From Rhodosorus marinus CCMP1338 (taxonomy: Eukaryota; Plantae; Rhodophyta), in the NCBI GenBank assembly GCA_029953675.1, contig JAMWBK010000003.1:2108001-2172000 (forward strand): a DNA stretch of 64,000 nt, in the 5' to 3' direction. Under the pieces are notes generated by a model. That model did not search any database. It saw only the letters and a list, made by a program, of their open reading frames with translations, and was not told where the DNA came from. Made by a program: the position numbers and the translations under genes. Shown one piece after another: positions 46,085 to 58,074 of the stretch. Positions within the stretch are counted from its first letter, which is position 1. Each line of letters begins with the position of its first letter.

Positions 46085-48889
46085 TCAGGATACTCTCGCT
46101 AAGAACCCACGAACCTGTAGCATAGAAACATTACAAACGGAGACATTAGAGAGTGTCTTCTGAACAAACGCGATTTGCTAGCGACAACGTACTTGACCCA
46201 AGGCTTCCGCCTTTCCAGGAGTGGAATCCAGTTTTTCCTCCTGCCAAGCCTTCAGTGTCTGGGTGTTAACAACGTTCACGGCGTGAAGGACCTTGAACAA
46301 ACTCGTCAACAGCCCGGCCGGGTATTCCACCATGTGCCAGACTCTCTGGCTTTCGAAAAGGCACTTCAGCTGCAGCTCGACTGAATCTCCGACTGCAAAC
46401 CGGAACGCCGGAGCGGTTTTCTCTATGTACGTCTGAACCGTTGTCCAGGATTCATCGTCGTCTGTTCCTCGGTGAATGCTCGCATTTAGCAGGACGTTGA
46501 TCACAAGCTCCGCAAAGGCCACCTACAATCCACACAGAGCAATACGTGCCGATAACGTTGCACACTTGAGCTAAACCATCAACTACAATGAAATCAAGCC
46601 AGAGCGATGAAAGTTCGGAGCTAAGGCATACCTTCGGAGCCTCGTCACTAGGATCAAGAGGCATATGCTGTCGCACCCATGCTATAAGCTTGGTAGGATC
46701 ATTCATTGCATTAGCGGCCAGCTCCTGGAGTTCCATTTTTCGGCCGCCATCGGGAAGCAGAAACATCAGCTTCTCGGAGCGGAAAAGCCCCACTATCTCA
46801 GCTGCCGGCATCACACCGACAAGGCATTGTGGGAAGTCCACCCCCGAGGTGTTGCACATTTTAGCAAAGGATTCCTCGTCTTGGAGGAGGACCTTGTACG
46901 TAGACAGGCCGGTTATCAGTACCGGCGCTCGCCTTGAAGCGTGCACTTCCATGACGAGGTGGGCAACAGAGCTCAGCCCGATCGCTCCTGCGAAGCATAT
47001 GCACGCCATGAAATCCCCTAAAGACTGTGCAAGAAGCGGTTGGTCCAGGTCACTCTCTACCCTGTGCACGTCCGAACATAAAGCCATCATTCCCGACTCG
47101 ACCTGACTTGTTGTAAGCTTGCCAGACTCAAGCAGGAGCGAAATTGCCACCGCTACGCTCTCTCGATCTGACACTTTTCTCTGTATGGCAATAGAGGCTG
47201 CCCTGTAGACCACAAGATTCTTGTTTTCGTTCTCCAACGGGGACAAAACCTCCTGCTGCTCTTTGCTAGCAAGCCAATCCATCCAAATTCCATCGATTCT
47301 CACCACGGCGAGAGCTCTAGCGTCATCTGCTGACGGCTGTCTGTGCTGGGCTGGCACTAGGGTGTAGGACGGTCCTCTGGCCGAGTGATAATCGTTGTGA
47401 TTATGGGAACTGTGAGATCCGTGCGAAGTATGCCCATAACCCCTCTCCCGCTTATACGGGACGCTGGCATGGTGCGAGCCTTGCGCGAGAATCAAAGTCG
47501 GAGGCCCGTTCGCTTGACGAGTGTAGGTCGTGGGAGCCGTCCTTGATTCTTCCTCTGCATGAAGGTCTTCCAACCTTCTCGGGCCAGGATCTTGTCTTCG
47601 AGGCTTCCATGCGTTCTCCCTGAGCTCCAATAGGTCTATTAGTACAAATCGAATTCGGGAGCTAACCTAGTGCATCAAGATCACAGGATATTTCAAGTTC
47701 TTAGACACAGAATTCTTACTGCAAACTATTAGCACTACCGTTTAAGACGCCTACCTCCGAATCAACTGAAAATTCTTTGATTTTCTGAAAATATACATCC
47801 ATCCAGCTCCTCGCTTCCGGCCGATCCAACGACTTTCCCACCACGCTGAGCAGCTTTGCGAGACTCTCCATTGCTTCCTCGTCCATTTGTTTTGTGGCAT
47901 CCGTTAGCAAAAGTTGAACGTTTTGGTGCATAACTTTTTCGCTGATAAGAGACTTTTTGAACAGCTCTCCGACAAAAATGGCGTTCCCCAGAACCCGTCT
48001 CCGCTCTTGTGAGCGCAGGGCTTGCGCCTCTTCGGGCGTCGCGCCTTCGATTTTCGTTTTCTGTACGAATTTCTCTCGACATCTCGCTAGCAGAAGCTTT
48101 CTAAACGTAAGCTCTTCCCCTTTTGGACCCTTCAGCGGCTTCAGCTGTGTGTTAAGCTTGGCGCACAGTTCCGTGTAAAGGCCAGCAAATTGTGGTTCAG
48201 AGAGTGCCTTATCGAAAATGAGTTCAATCACTATCTCGAGGTTCTCTTTGTTCGAGTCGACTCCGCTGCTCACAAGCTGCTCGGATAGTGTGTCAAACCG
48301 TGAATACGTCAACTTATTAAGGATCCCTTGCACTTTCCTAACCGCTGATTCGACAGCCGATACTTCATTAGCCCGCCAAGGCTGATCCGGGCGTTTGGCG
48401 TTCGGGGCCATAGCCTGGCTCTGACTAAGGGTTGGGAAGACTGGTGTGGATCCATGCTGGGTTGTACCCTGGACGGAGGCAGAGAATTCTTAGTCAGTAG
48501 ATTGCAGGCACGCATTGAGTTATCCGTTCTTAGCGTACCTTTCTCTGTGCATTGGCCCTGATATTTAACGAATTTGACTGTAAACCAGGCGATTGGAAAT
48601 TCGCGTTCTGGTTGGTAGTGGACAACGTAACTGTGGGATTCTGAAAGGCTGCTAGGGCGGCTGTAAGCGCCTGTGACTCAAGAGGCGTCAACGGACGATT
48701 TACTATCGACTCAAAAGCAGTGAAGGCACGCTCCCTCGCTCCAAGACCAGTCCTTCTCGACGAACCATATGTGTTACCAATATTCGGACGCCTCCCGCTC
48801 ACCGTAGAATGCCCCTGAGCCCCGCTAATACCGCCATGTCGTCGATAACCCCCGTCTCCCTCCCCCCAATCTTCCATACGCCTCGCCAA
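46085..48889 (-). CDS. eIF4G-family translation factor with MIF4G, MA3 and W2 domains; multi-exon
   Basis: MIF4G: VQGILNKLT, LIFDKALSEPQFAGLYTELC, FRKLLLARC, RRVLGNAIFVGELFK. Linker NAWKPRRQDPGPRRLEDLH. W2-like: LFKVLHAVNVVNTQTLKAWQE..PGKAEALGQVRGFL. Confidence 0.9.
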
Positions 48890-50672
48890 CTACCCACTTC
48901 CGCGCTACCATCCAAAGCACAAAATTCGAATTTTATTCTCCACTACCCAAAGCTCCACGAAACGCTTTCCTCTAAACGCCAAAAAGAAATGCCAAGCCCT
49001 TCCTCCTCCTCAAGAACCTTTCCCGAAAACAACTCAAGAAACACAGGCTTCGATCCTTTTCACGCTCAAGCGATCAAATAATGCCACAGTCGTCAAGAAC
49101 TTAACCTTGAAAAAATAGGAACTACTTGTTTACAAAAAGGGACCCTTTTTTAGACCGTAGCCCTCATCCAAATCCCCCTCCCCTCCCCCCCTCCCCGCCC
49201 CTCACCAAGCTGAGCTCCCTTTCCGTAAAGCTACCCTGAGCTTTATTCCATCACATACGCTAAATCCCCTTTCCTCTAACAAATCCTCCAAGTATCCAAT
49301 GTACAACATTTGCACATTCAAAACGACCCCCCTTCTCAAACATCCTCTGCTTCTGTAATTCCACCAAAAACCTATCGATTTTACCCTCTCTGAAATTGTC
49401 AATTGAGAAAATCACCAAACTCCTTCTCCACTAAATTTTCCCCCCCCCCCTCCCGCCCCAGTTTCCGACTCGATCCGGAGCTAAAAACATTGTCCGGCCT
49501 CTAAAATACAATGAATCGGCAATATAGCCATTTTCCGCCTGGCAGGACAGCCCCGTTAGGGAAAACGCGTTGGCAGTCAGCCTTCTAGAATTTTACCTGA
49601 ATCTCAAAAAGAACGGGAACGAGACAGTCTGTCATTTATATTCCAAATTTTCTTTATAATTTCGTCCGTATGTACTTAATCGGATATTGATTGGACATTA
49701 GAGACAGCTCTTTTTGATAATTACTGTTCATTGGTAAGGTTGCTATGAGTGGGCAAATATTTATCTATTTCAAAAATGTTATTGATTGAAATCTAGTCTT
49801 TTATTTTTTTGATTGACTATGGATCATTCCATGCTTGGTGCAGCTAATGGGCGTTGTTTTACGGTGGCAGTGGCGCTCTGTCCAACTTCTCCGAACGCCC
49901 ATAATTGTGTTTTCCTCGTAGAAGATCACAAAACGCTCTCAGATGGTAGATCTGAGCACGACCAAGAAAGAGAGCAGGCAGCCCTCATCCCATCTTATAG
50001 CTACGAGGTGGGGTTGGAGCCACCGCGGGGCCCTCACCCTCAAGTTCGCAAAACCACACATAAGACATGAATGCTGAAAAACATGAAGCAGGGAGATGCC
50101 AGTTGTTTTTTTGTTTCTTGCTATCTTTTCTCCGTGTCTGTCGAAAGATTATACCTTCGTCCTCTGCCAGCGGTGAAGAATAACACAACCATCATCATAT
50201 CCACACGATCATCGCCGAGCGGCAACCCCCGGAAAGGGATCGATTAAACAGAATATGGCCGTTGCATGGGTTGGGATGGACATGGACGTGCACGATGCCA
50301 TATGACAACTCATTCATGACAGGGTCGATGAGGGTCATGATTAGGCTTTCTACTGGATTCCGTTCATGTTTGAAGACGAACATCAGAACATAGGAATTAT
50401 GTATTGTTGTAGGCATTGATACGTTTGGTTTTTTGGATCCGATGACTGTCAATGGTGGTGTTAGAGAGCGGTGCGGTGACCATGATTGTTGACGGAGGAA
50501 AAGATCGGAGCTGTACAGGTCGTTGTAGGATACATAGGAGGCTTTTTGGGTTAGGGTGTTGCTAAGTAGGCGCGGGTTGGAGTAGATTGGTGGGACTGCA
50601 GCGGAACATCCACGAGAAAGTTGTTTTTCAAGCTTTGCGGCGAGATCAGGGTCTTCTGAAGAAGCTGCGATT

Positions 50673-52129
50673 ATGCAGTGTGGGAGATTCTCATCAAGGT
50701 CTTGGACGAAAAGATTAGGCAGATGGAATGATCTGAGGCGGTATTCAAGCGCAGAGTTTCTAACTGAAAATGTGGGGAAGCTGATGCCCGTAGACAAGGG
50801 CTTGGTTCAGGAAGGTATTGCTCCTGCGGTGCTGAGGCATGAGCAGTTAACTGGCCGATTCGACTCGCTTATACGACACCAGGATGTGAGACTCAATGAG
50901 GAATTGGACAATATGATTCGCGAAGGGAAAGTGGTAAGACAAGGAGTATATGCCCGATTCGGAAGTTCATTCTGTGCTCAACATATCTTTTTCTCTTATT
51001 TCTCCTGAATCCTTGGAAACAGATGACCGATAGCAATGTATACGTGCTCTCTGGACCTACAAAGTGTGGCAAGACAATGTCCATGCTTCGTCTTGTTGAA
51101 CAACGGAGGAAAAGCGGCTGGCTCGTTCTCTTCGTGAGGGGTCGAAAGTGGTCATTCGGCAAGTACTTTTACAACGGTGCTTACAAAACTAGAAAAGAGA
51201 AGATGCAAGGGGTTGAACCCTTGTGGTATGACCGTCCAGAACAGTCTAAGGAGCTGCTACAGAGCCTCAAGACAGCGCACGGGGATATCCTTGGAGATTT
51301 GCCTGTCTTAACGGAGTCTGAGATTGTCAAGGAAAGCAAAGCGGAGAGTATTCTTGAGCTCGTGGACTATGGCCTCAGCTTGCATGATAGGCTTGACGAG
51401 GTAATGATTTGACAGCCCTCTAACGCGCGTTTTCCCTGCTTCCAGATGCTTACCAGGATTCTAATATGAATCGGGCATGTAGGACTGGTTCTCCTTTCCA
51501 CGACTTCTCGGTGACGCTACGGATGCAGTTATGGAGGAACTGAAAGCTGTTGAGGATGTCCCGGTGATGATTGCCGTTGATGAATACCCGAGCTTTTTTG
51601 GAATGAGCGGGTTGAGCACCCCTGATGGTAATAGATTAGTCTCACAAGCGTTGCGCTTTAGCTGGCACTTTCGTGACCCGATGAAGCTTGCGAATAGCAT
51701 CAAGAACGGAGTGTTTGTTGCAAGTCTCTCTGGTCGATACATCGCGGTGGGTTTGCGGGCCACGAAGAACTGGCCACGGGACACGAGTTCTGTCTACTTA
51801 ACTAACGTCTGGCTTCTTCTAATCCACATCTGCAGTTCCTGAACACAAAGAAGGAGAAAGCCACATCCTGTCGTATGGTGCCCTTAAATGAAAACGATCA
51901 TTACAACCTGGTGAAAGACCCATCGGATGTCAGGCATGTTGGTGACATAACGAGAGGACTAACTTATGAGATTCCGAGGTTTACTGAGGAAGAATCGCGG
52001 GCCGTGCTAACTTACACTAACCAGATCGGCCTCGTGTCGGATGTATTCAGCCCTGAAAAAGCTAACTATCTACACGCGCTAACTCAGGGTACGCCCGAGG
52101 AGCTTCTCACTATATGTAAAGCCTTCTAG
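50673..52129 (+). CDS. DAP3: Mitochondrial small-subunit protein mS29 (DAP3), multi-exon; start uncertain
   Basis: P-loop VLSGPTKCGKT, KSGWLVLFV, LWYDRPEQSKELLQSLK, VPVMIAVDEY, EIPRFTEEESRAVLTY and HALTQGTPEEL. Confidence 0.85.
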
Positions 52130-52564
52130 TGGGAGGAGGAGAAACTTCGGTGAGGGTTGCGTGTTGCGACGACAGGCGGTGTCAGCTACCGTTTCCCACG
52201 ATGAAATACACGCTGGGTATCGAAGTGATATAGGCTATGGGCGTTGTTCCAGCGACTCAGATGGCTGGGTACGAAGTGGGTTTGTTGATGAAGATCCTAG
52301 ATATCTGCCTAACAGACCCTTCTGCCCTTGGTCCGTTTAGGATAGGACGTGGTAGGATTTCTGCCGCTGCGGGCGGCACATGAGTGTTTTTTTTTTTGCT
52401 TTTGAGCAATGTGTTTATTAGGATCAAACGATCATTCGTATCCTCGATATCGCTCCAAATGCTGTCCGGAGCTCAATGGGACGGGCATACAGACGACAAA
52501 CAGATTTCATTTTAGTAGCCGGAATCCTCTGTATGAACAATAATAGAGTTTACGCTGTTGGATG

Positions 52565-54214
52565 TTATAGTTCAGTTATTGAAATTGGCATGACCGGCCG
52601 GCTACTAGTCGGTCTCAGTGAAGGGGATAAGGTGAAGATTCCATCCTCCTGCTCGTCCTCGCTCTCGCACTCCGCGACTTGTTCTATGATTAAGTCTTTC
52701 TGTGTCTCGGTGCGTTCCAGTGCCTCCCTTAGATTAACCATATCGATCTTTGCCTTGCTGTATACTGTTCGCATGGATCCGAGCTCACTAGTATCGCTCC
52801 TTGCGAGTTCGGTTGGGTCAATTGCAGAACCATCCAGAATCGGAGAAGACAGTGTATGCCCTTTGACACAGGTCAAGTACGCCTCCAGGTCCTGACCGAG
52901 CTCTCTGTGGGGTACTCTCATTGACAACGGCATCAAACACTCCTTCTGCTTTCCAATCTGTATCGGGGTGACGAGCTCATAGCGCCCATCATTGGTCTTT
53001 TCAAGCGTCCAAGACTCGCAATTATGTGGATTCCAGACCTGTTCATAATCCATAAACAAACTCAGAAACCCTGCCGCCTACTGATCGCTACATGCGCATA
53101 ATGAAACAGTACCTGATCGAACTCCTCAACCGTCCAGTGCAAATATCTCATGCAGAACAGACGGATGGCCAGGCCGTGGGAGACGATCACGATATTCTCC
53201 AGGGGTTGGTTTCTAGGTCTAACCGCGTCCATCTCGCGGTACATAGTCTGGAGGAAGATCGTGACTCGATCATAAACATCCGCACCAGACTCACCCTCAG
53301 GAATTCTGTACCAGAAACGGCCCACTCGTCTTCTTTCTTCAGCTACTCTCTCCCAATCTCCTGGGTCCTGCAGGTTGTGAGAGAGAGCATCTTTCAGCCT
53401 CAAACAGATATGCTAATGTGAACGAATCTTTTTCTCCTGTACCTGAAAGTTTCCAAACTCCTGCTCCCGCAGTCTAGAGTCCTCTCTGACAGATATCTTG
53501 CTTTCATCGAAATTCCCGCCCACAAGGATCCCTTGGAGGGTCTGCTTTGTGCGTACGTATGGAGAGGTAAAGAACAGAGTGGTTTCGTCTTGAACTGTCG
53601 CCTTCAGCTTCTTTCCAGCCTCAAGGGCTTGCTCATACCCTCTCGTGGTAAGGCTGAGTTTGTTGTCGGGGATACTTTTGTAAACATTTTTGTCCACGTT
53701 CCCTATGGACTGTCCGTGCCTAACAAGAACAATTCGTTTCGGACGGCACATTTGCGTGTGGCGCATTCTGTTGCCAACAATATACTTCGATACGCTGAAG
53801 AAAAATTCGTCCAACCAAGGCAACGAATGCCTCGCCGCCGCGCTGAAGAAGATACCGATAAGCACAAAAACAACGATTCCTGTACCTATGCCGATAGTCA
53901 AAGATCCCTTCAAGATGTGGAACCAGGGTTAGTCCAAGGGAGCTTCACGTTCCGCAGACTAACACACCAGCCTGATTCCTTTCAATTCGCACCTCGATCA
54001 ACGGAGAAAGCATCCACTCTCTATTCCATGTCGCTCCTAGCAAAACGCCGACTACTAACATCAAGAGGCCAGTCATCAGCAGCACAGAAAATCCCTCAAA
54101 AGCGCCTTTCTCAACTTCGGACCTGATACTCGCGGACCTCGAAAAGTCCTGGCTCACTCCACCGGATCTCGAAACTCCAATGTTCAAGAACGGCGAGGTG
54201 GAATCAGTATGCAC
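52565..54214 (-). CDS. Histidine phosphatase (phosphoglycerate-mutase-like) with two N-terminal hydrophobic segments; 4 exons
   Basis: PKRIVLVRHGQSIGN, TSPYVRTKQT, RLREQEFGNFQ, RFWYRIPEGESGADVYDRV and IVIVSHGLAIRLF. Exon 1 (ORF 53945-54214) splices GTGCGA...ACTAAC...TTGAAG onto GSLTIGIG. Confidence 0.9.
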
Positions 54215-55232
54215 ATCATTCTCGCTTTCGACCTAAAGGCAAGTACACACGCAGCAAAAACCCACGTTCAGAATCCACCACAGACACAAGAGCTCATTAC
54301 CCGCTCAACAATCACGCCAATGAACTATACAACAAAACACGAATGGCGCCAAAACAAAAAACAAAGGAAGGGAAAGCCACTTCACCATTTTTTTTATCGC
54401 CAAAAGCTCAGGACAATCTCAACAATGCCAATAGACCATCCTCAATATTCAGATCAGCCTCTTTAACGTCAAAAAAAAAAACAGTCAACACCTCCCTTCC
54501 CCTCCCCCGCCCCCACCCCAACCCTCGAAAATTGGATCGATATTAATATAAATATCCCCACAGACCCAAAAACACCAAAAACAATTCCTCCAATAAAACT
54601 AGCAGAAATCGCATGTCAAAATCAAAAAAAAACATTGAAAAAACAACCATGTTTTTTAGATTAATATAAGCCTAAAATCTCTGCGCCTAGTCATAAATTA
54701 TTATTATACAATAAAGTTTATCGAGGAACGTTGATAAAATTATCAGCACTGAAATCCAATTATTCAATAAACTTTAAACGAATTTGATCCTTTTTTGTGA
54801 ATGTTTTGGATATGAGAATTTTCATTTTAAAATCAAAGCTAGGCATAGGGCAAGATATTGTTTTCAGTAAATAGTTTGGACTAGAACATTGTATTGGAAT
54901 AATATATAAGTATACAGGATTATATTTACATAAATACGATGAAATATGCGGTAAGTTTATATAATAAGTTTTATTCTTGTTCAAAACTAATTTTAAATTT
55001 GTATATATTTATCATTTTGGTATTTGAAATTGAGAGGGGTCGTCGCACGGTGTGAGAACGGCCAGGCGATGAACTGGTGGCTTGGGGTTTAGCACTTGCT
55101 TCTTGGTTAGTAGAACGCACATTCGCCCGGAGAGGCAATTTGATGCAGCGATCGAGTTAGTTTTTGGCCTGTGATTATGGGTTTTGGGGGAGGCATCAGT
55201 TTTTTCTCACTCACCGAACAATAGGGAGCAAC

Positions 55233-55349
55233 AGAGACTTGTCGATTCGAGGCCAGCGAAGTGGCTTTACACAAAAGAGACTTGTCGGTGTCGCTTCGAG
55301 GCCAAGCAAGTAGCTCTTACACAAAAGAGACTTGTCGATTCGAGGCCAA
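55233..55349. repeat. Short tandem repeat, about 3 copies of 43-50 nt
   Basis: AGAGACTTGTCG(ATT)CGAGGCCA at 55233, 55276 and 55326; the TACACAAAAGAGACTTGTCG linker is repeated. Confidence 0.85.
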
Positions 55350-56340
55350 GGTGGCAACGAGTATGAGGAAATGCGCTGATTCACGCAGCTCGAAGTTGCC
55401 AGAAAGTCATCTTTAAGACTCACATCTAATCCGGAGCAGCTTGGCTTCTCACTGAAAATGCCGGCGAGCTCAATCGACATCACTTGCTTCAGCTTCTCCA
55501 ATCCGCCAAGGAAGTACTTTCTAGGGGGAAAGGTGCTGAGCAAAAACCAAAATTTTGATATAAATCAAATCTACCTTGAAATTTAGAATTTTCTGCTCGT
55601 ACCAATTAATATCGTCTACGTTTGCATACGAGGTCCCAATCAATACCAATGTAGATCAACCCGCTCTCCATTGAAAAAGACGCACGCACGCGTCCTTTTT
55701 TTCCTTTCCAGTGAAGTAAAATGTTCATCGCTTCCAAAACTTGGGGCGGACTCAGCTGGTACTTTCGTCTTCTTCTCTTCTGTTGCAAACCCAGGCCGGC
55801 TTAGTACGTTGAATTCCACAGAAGCACGAAAAGTCCTCTCTCGCTCTCCCTGAACAGCTGCCCGGTGAGGGCTTGAAAGCTACTGTAAACAACTCCAAGA
55901 TTGAGAATGACAAACTGATTCAAGAAACTGGATGTCCCTTTCCTTTGTAATCTGAGCCGAGTCCGGAAAGACTAGTTGTCGGGGTTTAGAATCATTAAGG
56001 GCGACTGAAGAAGCTCGTACTGTACGGTGAGCTTAAAGTGAACAAATCTTAGCCCTGCAGTCGACGCCTTCACGGCGAACGTCCGAGTTTGAGTCGCTCT
56101 GTTATCCTACTGTCAACACCCTCCCCCCCCTCCCCCCTCCCTCGCAACGGCAACCTTATATTTCCCTTTCAAAAGCGGCTATTCAGAAAGGTGCTTACTG
56201 CAGACAAATCGCTCGCCCAAAAACGATTTCTGGAAAACTCACGATTGGTTTTGCCCCTGACTTGCACGAAGCCCATGACTCACAAGCTGCGGATAAGTTG
56301 GGCGAACCCGAGAAGTATTTCACTCATGGACTTTGGGGAT

Positions 56341-57679
56341 TCAGATCGAATGGTCCTGTAAAGGGCTAGGTACAGTTTTGTTCTTCCTAGCCACGGCCTC
56401 GACTAGCTCTTTCATCATGGCGGCGCGGACGTCTACAGCTTGCCCTTGATCTGGGCTCTGTTGGCAATGAGCGGGCGAACGCGGTGTGTCAGTCGTGGAC
56501 TTCGTTGAGTTTGTGCGCTTTTCAAAAGATGGCTTGCTTTTTTTTCTTGTGGTCGTTTTGGCGACGCTTGCTGTTGCTTTCGTTTGGCTGGCTGCGAGAC
56601 CTGCGGTACTCCCTCTGAGGAGAAACGCTGAGCGCGGTTCAGCGTTTGCATAGGATGTGATAGGTAGGTACATTGGCGAACCTCTGCTTGACATCGACTT
56701 GAGCTCAGTTACGCATTGATAGACGAGACCACGAATACTGCTTAGACTTGCCAGTATTGCCTCTTTGGACTCTGCATCGCCTGATGCATCAAGTGGTTGA
56801 GGTTCTTGAAGCATTGTAGGTTTTGGTCTCGGCGGGTGTGGTGGGTCTATTTCGGGAAGGACGCTTGGTGCAAGTACGCTTGAGAATGGGAATGGGGGAG
56901 GCGGCGGCGGCGGAGGAGGAGGAGGAGGAGGAGGTGCCTCTGGAAAAGAAATCGTCATCATGGTGGTAGGCGTTGTCTGCGGTACTGCTTCGGTTCCTGG
57001 TGAAATCGGTGAACACGCCGCTGGTCCGGATTCCGGGAGCGAATCAGTCGTCCGATCACTGCTCTTGGTGATATGCTTGCAATGAGACCGCCTTGTTTCA
57101 TATTGGTTAACATCCACAAGCGCCGCTTTCACGTCCTCAGTCGCACTGGACGTGATAGTCGATTGGTAAAGCTTCTCGCTATCATTCCCATAGATTGTCT
57201 TTGAATCCCTGTGTTCCTCTCCTGTGCACAACGAGCACGTTCCGGCCGAAACTTCTGAAACTATCACGAACTTAGCGAGTAGAACTGGATACAAAATGAG
57301 CAGCTTCATGACTCCCACCTTTCCTCAGACGCGTATCCAAGTGACCCCAGCTGAAACTTGGTGCAGCGGATCCGTTACCAGCCTGTTTCGGGCTTCCATC
57401 CCTATGAGGAAGCCAGCACGACATGAGACCGAGAAACACGCGATCCAGATGCCTATCAGCCCCTTCTTACATTCCAAATATCCTAATCCTGTCTCTCAAA
57501 ATCTCGTTCTCCACCTCTACCGCCTCAGCCATAAGAACCAAGTCGCGCACCTCGTCTTGCAAGGTCCTCGAAAGCGTAGCGAGACTCTTAAGGTCATCGA
57601 GAAGATCCTCTAAAAGATCCTGACCATCGCCAGTATCCACGTGCCTTGCTCCACGAAAAAATTCCGATAGCCAACCCAT
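56341..57679 (-). CDS. Uncharacterised coiled-coil / poly-proline protein, about 3 exons
   Basis: Exon 1 MGWLSEFFRG...LLDDLKSLATLSRTLQDEVRDLVLMAEAVEVENEILRDRI ends at a GTAAGA donor. A small exon DGSPKQ...RLRK follows, then ORF 56341-57318 with a 14-Pro run and C-terminal RAAMMKELVEAVARK. Confidence 0.7.
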
Positions 57680-58074
57680 TCTAAGGAATCACGGCGACAT
57701 ACTGCTCGCTCCCGATCTACCAAACCGCTAAACACACTCGAAGCTCAAAGAGATTAAATACCTTTCACAGACCGACATAGGTCTTGACGTAGAACTCTGT
57801 GCGTTCCCTATCATGACCCGGGCCTATCGAATTAAGCAAACTTTTTACTTGATGACATCCAAAAGGAGTCATGCAGCCATCATGACTTGTGACGCTATTC
57901 TTTGTTTCTGATGGGCGTGTCGTACATCAAGATTCATGACGCTGCAATGACGTGAGACTTATCCAACATGTGCCGCTGTGTTGTTGTTACCCAACAAGAC
58001 GTAGGTCTACGGAAAAAGGAGCGTTTTCCGAATGGGAAAGGTTCTTGCGAGGGAGAATGCACAGAGTTTCAACT

